Below, piece after piece: positions 54,905 through 64,000 of a DNA stretch of 64,000 nucleotides (positions are counted from its first letter, which is position 1; each line of letters starts with the position of its first letter). The notes beneath the pieces were generated by a model. It made no database searches. It was not told the origin of the DNA and saw nothing but the letters and a program-made list of their open reading frames with translations. This DNA is from Octopus sinensis. Lineage: Eukaryota. The stretch is from NCBI RefSeq assembly GCF_006345805.1, contig NW_021833283.1:12905-76904 (forward strand). Reading direction: 5' to 3'. Position numbers and translations under genes: made by a program.

Positions 54905-55020
54905 TTGGTTTACAGCTCTTTCCAGTAGTCATTATAGATAGGTTTTCTCACTTGGTCTTTTGCTCAATTGAGGTAAATTCAAAGTCAAAAGAAAATTAAT
55001 GATACCTTCATCAGAGACAT
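54905..55020 (-). other. Highly degenerate hammerhead-like motif related to 53168-53241
   Basis: TGTCTCTGATGAAGG...GGAAAGAGCTGTAAACCAAATTC versus TGTCTCTGATGACGG...GGAAACGGCTGTAAATCTTCAAATTC. Confidence 0.4.
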
Positions 55021-57107
55021 TGCTGGAAATAACTAACAGAGCACTTGAAGAATGGCTATTGTATGAGAAAAGTGGGTGAGTTTAAAACGAACCGAGTTCG
55101 AATTGGCCTTTCATTCATTCGTGGTCGTTAAAATAATTTACCAATTGACTATTTGTGCTACTTCAGTTTGTAGGAACAGCATCAACCCCTCCCATAAGTG
55201 GATGCTTAAATCAGAAACAGGTAACTTTATTACTCTTAATATAAATTTTTCATGATATCGTCGATAGTTTTGTATTCATAATACATGCCACAAATATTAT
55301 GCAAACTGAGTTTTATTTTCATATTCTGTGTATACCAATATTCAGTCTATATTACCAACATTTATTTTGCTGTTGTTGCAGTAATTAATATATATTTATA
55401 ATGAAACCATTACCGAATACTTCAAGATTTTAAACCTGTGGTTTGTATTTAAAAATTAGTTAAAAAGTGGAAAAATGACAATTTGATGAGTGATGTGTTC
55501 TGTTCTGTTTCACATCTTCAGCAACACAAATGTTTCATAAATTATTCATCATAACAATGATACCTGTCTTTGAAACTGTTGGAGAATAGAATGTAGGTTT
55601 CCTTACTTATGGATGGTCAGATACATTTATCTCTAATATTAATACAGTAAGTTAGGTCCTTGTGTTGGGAGGATGGAAAGGGACTTACATTCCAACGTGG
55701 TGGGTCGAATGCTTCTTAATTTATTCCAAACTTTACTCTCGTCAAGGCGCACCAACTTATTTTCGTTTACGAATTATATGTATTTTTTAAACTTTATATT
55801 TATGTTTTTGCAAGTGTAGATCATCCAATGTTTATTCCCTTTCACTTTGATTTATAGATAAGACCTGCGAGATTTAATTCCTTTTTCTAAGCAGAAGCAT
55901 TCACTTATGGGAGGGGTTGATGCTATCCCTACAAGCCAAAGTAACATTTGTTAATTTCACAGAGCAATGGCTGCTTCGAGGTAGATATTTTAGTCAAATA
56001 CTTAAGCATATCAAGTCCTCCCTTCCCAGCTCGAGATTGATAGAATCAATTTAAATTATAGCATAAGACCTCAAAGGCTGGTCAGTAATTTGACAACTTT
56101 CAGACTAGATCAGAGGAAACAGGCTGTCTGAGCTTTCAATTCTCACTGATGATATAATTCCTCATAGAGATGACCATCAATTTATTTATCATGCATTCAC
56201 ACAAACACAGATACAGATATGTACATACACACACATACATATGTATGTATATGAATACACACATATATATTATGTATGTATATATTGTATGCATATGTAT
56301 ATATATAATATATATATATATATGAATATATATATATATATGAATATATATATATAATATATATATATATTATATATATATAATATATATATATATATGA
56401 ATATATATATATACACGTACACATTTATTTATATGTATGTATATTTATACATACATAATGTAAAATCGCAGCAAGTGTTGGTAATTGCAGGGATTGAGGG
56501 GAGAGTAAGATCTAATATCCCATATCTTATTAGAAAGTAAAAAAGAAAAAAAAAACTAATTTATGGTCCTTATTTAAAAGATAAAGATAAGAAAAAAAAC
56601 TGAGGGTGAAATGGATCACACGGGAAAAAATTGCAAAAACTAAATTCTAACACAGAAAAGAAAAAGAAAAAATGCCAGAAAAAAAGCAATAATTATAAAT
56701 AAAAAAAGTGAAAGCACTATAAACAAACAAAAAATGCCATAAAACTACAATAAAAAATAGTAAACACCCACTATAGATGAAAAAGAAAACCTAACAAAAC
56801 AGAACTTGTCATTTTGCCGGAGATGTCCAGTCCTAATGGTCAAAAAAGATTAAACGTTATTTGACAAGTGCTTCTTGTTAACGTCTAAGCGAGCCGAAGT
56901 TTCATCTAATGGCTTTGGCTCCTGACATGGTCTTTCATTGTAAAGTGTGATTCATATAAAATATAATAACAACAAAAATATATACGAATATACATACAAC
57001 TAAGTAAAAAATGGGTAAAATAATCATAAATGTAACAGCAAAAAATGAGACCGATTTTCAATGGAAGCATCATCTTTGCATATATATACATACATACATA
57101 CATACAT

Positions 57108-57142
<35 letters not shown>

Positions 57143-57666
57143 GAGTTTTTGTGTATGTGCATGTGATGGTAAATTTGTGTACGTAATTACGTGTATATAT
57201 GTATGTGTGTGAATATTTATCACTTTTTCTGTTTCCCTCTGAGTTTATAGGTGGACATACATTAAGCAAATCTTCAGAGGTATTATAATCAATCAGAAAA
57301 GTAAGCGGAGAACATTCTTCAACTAAACATACACACACATATAACCTACATACATATATACATACATATATACGTGGATGCGTACACACATACATGTATG
57401 CATAAAACATACATACATACATATATATATATTTATTTACACATTGGAGTGTGTATAGTTACTCATATATATATATATGCATATCTATAACTATATATCC
57501 GTATCTACCTATCTATATTTATATAGTTACACACACATACATACACACATAGATATGCACAGATATATATATATATATATATATAAACATTCACATATAT
57601 ATACATATATATATACATACATACATATATATATACATACATACATAGATACATACACACACACAT

Positions 57667-57700
<34 letters not shown>

Positions 57701-59499
57701 CAATCTAATGCATAAGTACATATGTGAAGACCCATCCAATGAAATTGTCGATTAAATTTCTACTAGCGTCCTTTGACAACCAACATTTAATTAAAGTATA
57801 ATAGTTACAGTCTCTAAGATAAAACAAAATTTTATACATGTTTTAGACACGATGTACAATAATTTCAAAACTATGCACACATACACACGCTCGCATTTGT
57901 GTGCATATATATGTGCACATGCATATATATGTGGCACCGAATTCCTGTAAGTCGATGTGCACTTTCAGTGATTGTACCTGAGCTGGATAATCTGAATATA
58001 TGTATATACATGCGTTTATATGTATGCACATATATATGCATTTATACATTTGTGTATGCGTGAATGTTTTTATCTCATGATACAATTGATACCATTATGT
58101 TAGTGAAGAAATATATGATCACTAATTATATATTACAAAAACATATGAGCGCTACGCATCTTCTAATACGAATGTATTTCTCTTCACCAGATCTCTTCGT
58201 GGTTTCACTGTCTTCCATATAATTTATAATTTAATGAGATAAGAGAGAAGTTCCCAACTCCATTATAATTGCTAGACTGACCATACATTTAAAACACGAA
58301 ACTAAATAGATAATATTTGTGTATGTCTCTTTTGTAGAGGAGATAAATAGATGAGAGAAATAAAACTAGGGCTTGATGTCCAACTAGAATTATAGTAGAA
58401 GCATTACGGGTTGTACTTAAAGAATAACAGTGCTTCAAGGGACGTTGTAGCAACTTTAGTATTGCTAAGCAGTTACAGTCCATTCTAAGCGTTCCCGCAC
58501 CTTCTCAGTTTGCAAATTGTTCTGTATCCTAAGACTCACACTAACCCTATGTTAGATTATGTTGCACCGAATCCACAATACCATACTTGTGATACAAACT
58601 TCTATACAGCACAGTTATATGGCCGTTTTTATAATTTCTGTTGAAGATGTGTATAGAAATGCCAAAACAAAAATGGATGACTACCAGGTAAAAGAGAACA
58701 CGTTCATATTTTCTTATAGTTGTAAATGAAGATAAAACCCTTGGTCAGACAATGCATGCTGTAGTAATTCACAGATGCAATCATTAATAAAGCTAAATTG
58801 AAACGGAAAATGAAAAACGTACAGAATTTAGAAAGTATGGTTAAAATTTGAAAGACCAGTGTCGTAACCTTACTCTTCAAAATATAAAGATTTAAAGGAG
58901 ACTCTTTGTATTAGGCTGGTAGGTATGAAATAAAATTAAATCATCCCTCCAATAAATGTCCTAAAACAGAAATGACACTGACAAATGACAAATCAGTTAA
59001 AGATATACAAATGTCTGGACTGCCACTAAAGGAGTGCCTTTAAATATTGGTTTCTTTGATTAGTGCTGGTGTGTTTGTAAATAACATAACCTACATTCAT
59101 TACCATGAACACATTGTGACACTTGAGGCAGTTCATATAAAATGAAATCAGAATAAAGCAACACTACTTAGGATGAAAAAAGATTTTACCCCTTTTTTTA
59201 AGTTATAATATAAATTTAGGTATCAATCTGGTTAATTAATGTTCACCGTTATACTTCTTCATATATATTTACCTGTTTTTCATAAATATCTAAAGCATTG
59301 CTAATACTTTTCGTCTTAATTATGTAAAATGCAATATCAGAGTATACAAATGACTCGGTTGTTTAAGAGCAGGTTCAACTTCTTAGTTTACCTAAACATA
59401 CATACACAGGCACACAATGTGAATTTGCTTTTAAATATACAAATGCATTTGTAGCCTAATAGACATGGAGCATGAATGCTCAGGAAAAATACTTTAATT

Positions 59500-60070
59500 T
59501 AATCATAGGTATGAAACTTGGTTCCTGACCACAAGTTTCTGGGTTCAGTCCAACTGCGTGGCACCTACGTCGTACCTAGGTGGTAACTGACTGGCACCTG
59601 CGTGGCATCTGCGTAGCACCTTTCAGCAAATGTTTTCAACTATAGCCTCAAGCCGACCAAAGTCTTGTGACTAGATTTGGTAGACGGAAACTGAAAGAAG
59701 CCCACAGGTTTTAAATCTTGAATATCCCCGAGATCTCAGCTGCCATTTTTTGTAGGTTCAGTAAAATACTAATTGCATATCATGATCAATTCCCTACGTC
59801 ATATGTTTGTGTCAGTGCGTATGTATGTATATATGTTTATATATGTGTGTGTTTGTCTTTGTGTCTGTGTTTGTCTCCCATTACCGCTTGACAACCGGCG
59901 CTGGTGTTTTATAGCCCTCTTAACGTAGCGGTACGAGCAGATGTGACCGAGAGAATAAGTACTTGGCTATAAAAATAAAGTTTTCGGGTAAATTTGTTCG
60001 ACCAAAACCCTTCAAGGTAATGCAGCAGCTTGGCTACAGTCGAATGACTGAAACGAGTAAAAGCATTAAA
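59500..60070 (+). mobile_element. Degenerate SINE family B with internal insertions and an 11-bp minisatellite (59555-59620)
   Basis: GGGTTCAGTCC..CTATAGCCTC..GATTTGGTAGACGGAAACTGAAAGAAGCCC..GAATGACTGAAAC. Confidence 0.82.
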
Positions 60071-60085
60071 AAGTGTAAGAATATA

Positions 60086-60130
<45 letters not shown>

Positions 60131-60718
60131 ATTTTTAATCTTCGGATCTTTTAAAAATATGCTAGGCCACTGGTGTTTTAATTGATTAATATCAGTTTCT
60201 ACCCATATATTTATTTTAGATAAAAAAAAATGTTCTCTAACCGATAAATTGACTGCTGTAGTTTATTAACTGCAGAGTAATTTCCGATCTCCGCGCGCCA
60301 AAGTGAAGGCATTTGAAAGGATACACGTAAATATAATTTGTAGAACTTTATACATACTGGATTTCGATTGAACGTTCTGTATCTAGTTCTGCAAATTGTG
60401 TTTTGTAAACGACAGACTACGCTGATGATCTTGCAGATGATTACGTGTTCATATACGTAAATATTAAACAAGTGAAACTAATTAGTACATAGGTAATCGT
60501 TTTTTTATTTCGTATATTTACATTTGTTTTGTATATTTTTACACTTTGGTTTTTTGTTGAGCTTTTTCTTGAGAACACATTCTTCGTGGAAAATGGCGAT
60601 TTTGACGTCTATATCTAGCATATAGGCTATCCACTTTTAGTGGTCAGTCCTCTAAATGTTGTATATATATATATATATATATGTGTGTGTTTGTGTGTGT
60701 GCATGAATGTATGTATAT

Positions 60719-60773
<55 letters not shown>

Positions 60774-61731
60774 GGTATTTTCGAAATATTACATATTAAT
60801 ACTATCAAGTATTTAGCTTTAGAATGAGCCAGGTTCAGTCCTCCCCTGTAGCTATTTCGTATTTAAAGAAGAAAAACGGAAGGAAGATAGAAAGAAAAAG
60901 CAAAATATCTAAATTTTTGTTGCACTTCTTGTAAAACATTTTATTTATTTAAAACATTTTACTGTCGAATAATCGATTATATCGTAAACCTAATCGATTG
61001 GCTACAGGAAATTCTTCAAGTTGTAATGTAAAATCACAAGTCGGAGAAAGTTTTTCAATCGAGGATAAACTGGTTATGTTAAAATGGTTATTAGATCGTC
61101 AAAAATCTATGTGCGTTGGACATATGAATGATTAGGAAATTTGTGCTAAACCCTCTGAAATATGTTTAAGCCCCATGAGAAATCTGCAAAAAGTTACAGC
61201 ACTATTAACGATATTTTAGATTGTCTCAAAATATAATCTCTCTCTATTGATGCCAACTATATAACAATATTAATTGTGAATGTAATCCATTTTGGCTTAG
61301 GAAGTAAAATGATATGGGAATACGATATATAAAAGAAAAGGAAAAAATAACTAAATAAAAATCAAAACTAATAAACCAAATATTTTATTCCTTTTACACT
61401 GCAATCAGTAAGTATATATTATAACATACCCAAAAGACTTATAAATTATATTAGTGAAAATACAGAGCTTTTTAGAGCCGATACAGTTATAGTTTTTCTG
61501 ACTGATTTTCCTTTATTGATATTTCATTTTGAAAGTTGCATTTAAGAATTATCAACCAATATTTAAAGCCATGATATTATCCTTAGAATGTATTCGCCTC
61601 CAATACGAAACATATACTTCACCACCACCCACCTCTGAATCTCTCTCACAATTTCTCTCAGTCTCTATCTCTCTATCTCTCTCTTTTTTCTCTACCTGTC
61701 CTGCTATATACACATATATAAGTGCATCCAT

Positions 61732-61830
<99 letters not shown>

Positions 61831-62269
61831 GGAAATAGCGAGAGACGAGAGAGAGGGGAAAGTGTGAGAGAGTGAAGGAAAGAGATAGAAAGATTCCCCA
61901 AGACAGCAATTATGGTTTCTAGTTTTCGGAAACTTTTATCTCAATCAGACCTTGAAATATTCATCAGAATGATTCTGGTGTGTCTCTCTGGGGAGAGACA
62001 GATATCAATTTGAATCAAATATCAAAATAAGTTCCCTAATTTAAGCAAGGTTTTAAGATGGCTTGTTTTGATGGTTTTCTGGATACAAGAGATGAGAAAT
62101 TTATGACAAATGGCATTAAGTTACCACCCTGATGTAAATTAATGGTCAATGAAGAGGGAAAATTGTGTGAACGACGTCCTGCGCATAGCACGATCTCTTA
62201 CATTCGGTAATGTTTCAATATCAGAAAGTTGACAAGGGCATTCAGTTTCCATATAAAAGTAATAATATT

Positions 62270-62337
62270 ATCTATATATCATATATATATATATATATGA
62301 CATATATATATATATTATATATATATATTATATATAT

Positions 62338-62391
<54 letters not shown>

Positions 62392-62428
62392 GTCATATAT
62401 ATATATATGTCATATATTTATATGTATA

Positions 62429-62471
<43 letters not shown>

Positions 62472-62490
62472 AATATATATATTATATATC
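62270..62490. repeat. (TA)n microsatellite (similar tracts at 15130-15520, 19500-19700, 28510-28685, 38700-39130, 49300-49520, 56260-56415, 61730-61830, 63335-63500)
   Basis: Direct inspection. Confidence 0.95.
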
Positions 62491-62625
62491 TATGTGCATG
62501 TGTGTTTGTGCATGTTCGTATTTATATGTACACATCTACATATTTATGTACATATATACACCCACACAGATCTCACTCTATGTATAAACACACGCATCCA
62601 CACACAAACAGGCAACTACACCCAG

Positions 62626-62681
<56 letters not shown>

Positions 62682-63338
62682 GGATGTATGTATATATCTA
62701 ATATATATGTGTAGACCTACACGAATGTATGTGACTGAATGTATGTCTGATATTGTGTATATACATATACATTAAAGTGTTGAAATGTTGATTTGGCAAA
62801 AGCAATAACGATATGGTACGTCTGTGCCTTCCTCAAATATATTGATCACATGAATTGGATGACTGTATCTACAGTCTTGCTATGGACAGGTAACTAAAAT
62901 CACTATCAGATTTAATATATCTGAGTGAAAATTGGATAACACATGTGGAGCTAGTGTGATACCTCGATCAAATGACGTGTGGCTTTTAGTTGATAGCATT
63001 GAGCTGTTCATTGGTCTGCCTACGCCACCAATGGGACTTTTGTTTAATTAATGAGTCTTCTAGTGGCATTTTCAATGCTATATTTAATTTCTTGCTGCTC
63101 TTATTGTTCTTATTGTTCAACCGCTAGTCAGTTCTGATCAAGTGGATTTATGTTCCAATCTACTTAAGCTCAGTTAATCCCAATCAGTTTTTTTCTTTTT
63201 CTTTTTCAGTTTTAGAAATAGAGTACTCTGGATTCAATTATCCAATGAGCATAGTTTGCTGTTGGATGAAGATGTGGCTGCTATTTCTTATATGCTAGAG
63301 GACAGGATTTGTGTGTATACATAGAGTGAGATCTGTGC

Positions 63339-63369
<31 letters not shown>

Positions 63370-63718
63370 CATATTATATATATATATATATATATAATAT
63401 ATATATATAGAGAGAGAGAGAGAGAGGGAGATGTATATATGTATATATATATATAAAGAGAGAGAGAGAGATGTATATATATATATATACACATATATAT
63501 TTCGTTTTTGGATTTGGTTTGCAAGATTTTTTATATGAGTTCATGTGTTGAAGCATATTCTGTTGTGTCTGGGGAGAGTCATGCTCTTTTAGTGCCCTAT
63601 TCACCGGTAAAATTTCCACTTGTTTCTTATTTTTTATTTTCTAAAATTTTCGTTCCGTTTTGTAACCTTTTCAATAGTTTTCACTCTGTCCGTTATTTAC
63701 TCCCCCCTGACACAACAG

Positions 63719-63761
<43 letters not shown>

Positions 63762-64000
63762 CACATTCGGTAATGCTTCTGAAAGATAATACATGAATTC
63801 GGACCTGACAATTTTCAGATTTTTAGCCACCATTATGAGTTGTGTGTTTTAGATGTAGCTATTAGTTCAGATTCATAAAGCTGAGCTTTATTTATATAAG
63901 AGACCTAGCAGCCACACTAATGCCTATTTAAAAACTGAGCCGTATAAACCACCTTTTATAGTCGATTATATGTTTGGTATTATAGCCGATGTGAGTTGAG

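Noticed and set aside
58556-58690. Candidate short exon ending CAG|GTAAAA
   Set aside because: No recognisable peptide or partner exons; such sites occur by chance
63185-63310. Strong polypyrimidine/CAG acceptor
   Set aside because: Downstream frames stop early and overlap an old repeat motif; no clear donor

Overview
AT-rich eukaryotic non-coding DNA, inferred to be octopus (coleoid cephalopod) from the SINE types and the extreme (TA)n/(CA)n/(AAT)n/(ATC)n microsatellite load. I find no convincing intact host protein-coding gene; nearly all listed ORFs are microsatellite translations. The window holds more than 20 tRNA-derived SINE copies from about five modular families, several with intact target-site duplications (TSDs). 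It also holds a complete non-autonomous Helitron, a MITE-like foldback, and decayed coding remnants of R4/Dong, RTE, CR1-group and L1/Tx1-like LINEs and of Tc1/mariner. The most notable item is a tRNA-Arg-headed short element whose tail carries a minimal type I hammerhead ribozyme motif of the Penelope-like-element (PLE) kind (42.2-42.5 kb, 53.8-54.2 kb). One copy has an inverted tail copy abutting its 5' end, suggesting a PLE-mobilised, ribozyme-bearing SINE. It lies in a ~1.9 kb cluster of four hammerhead-like motifs. All family assignments are by eye and from remembered motifs; no searches were run.
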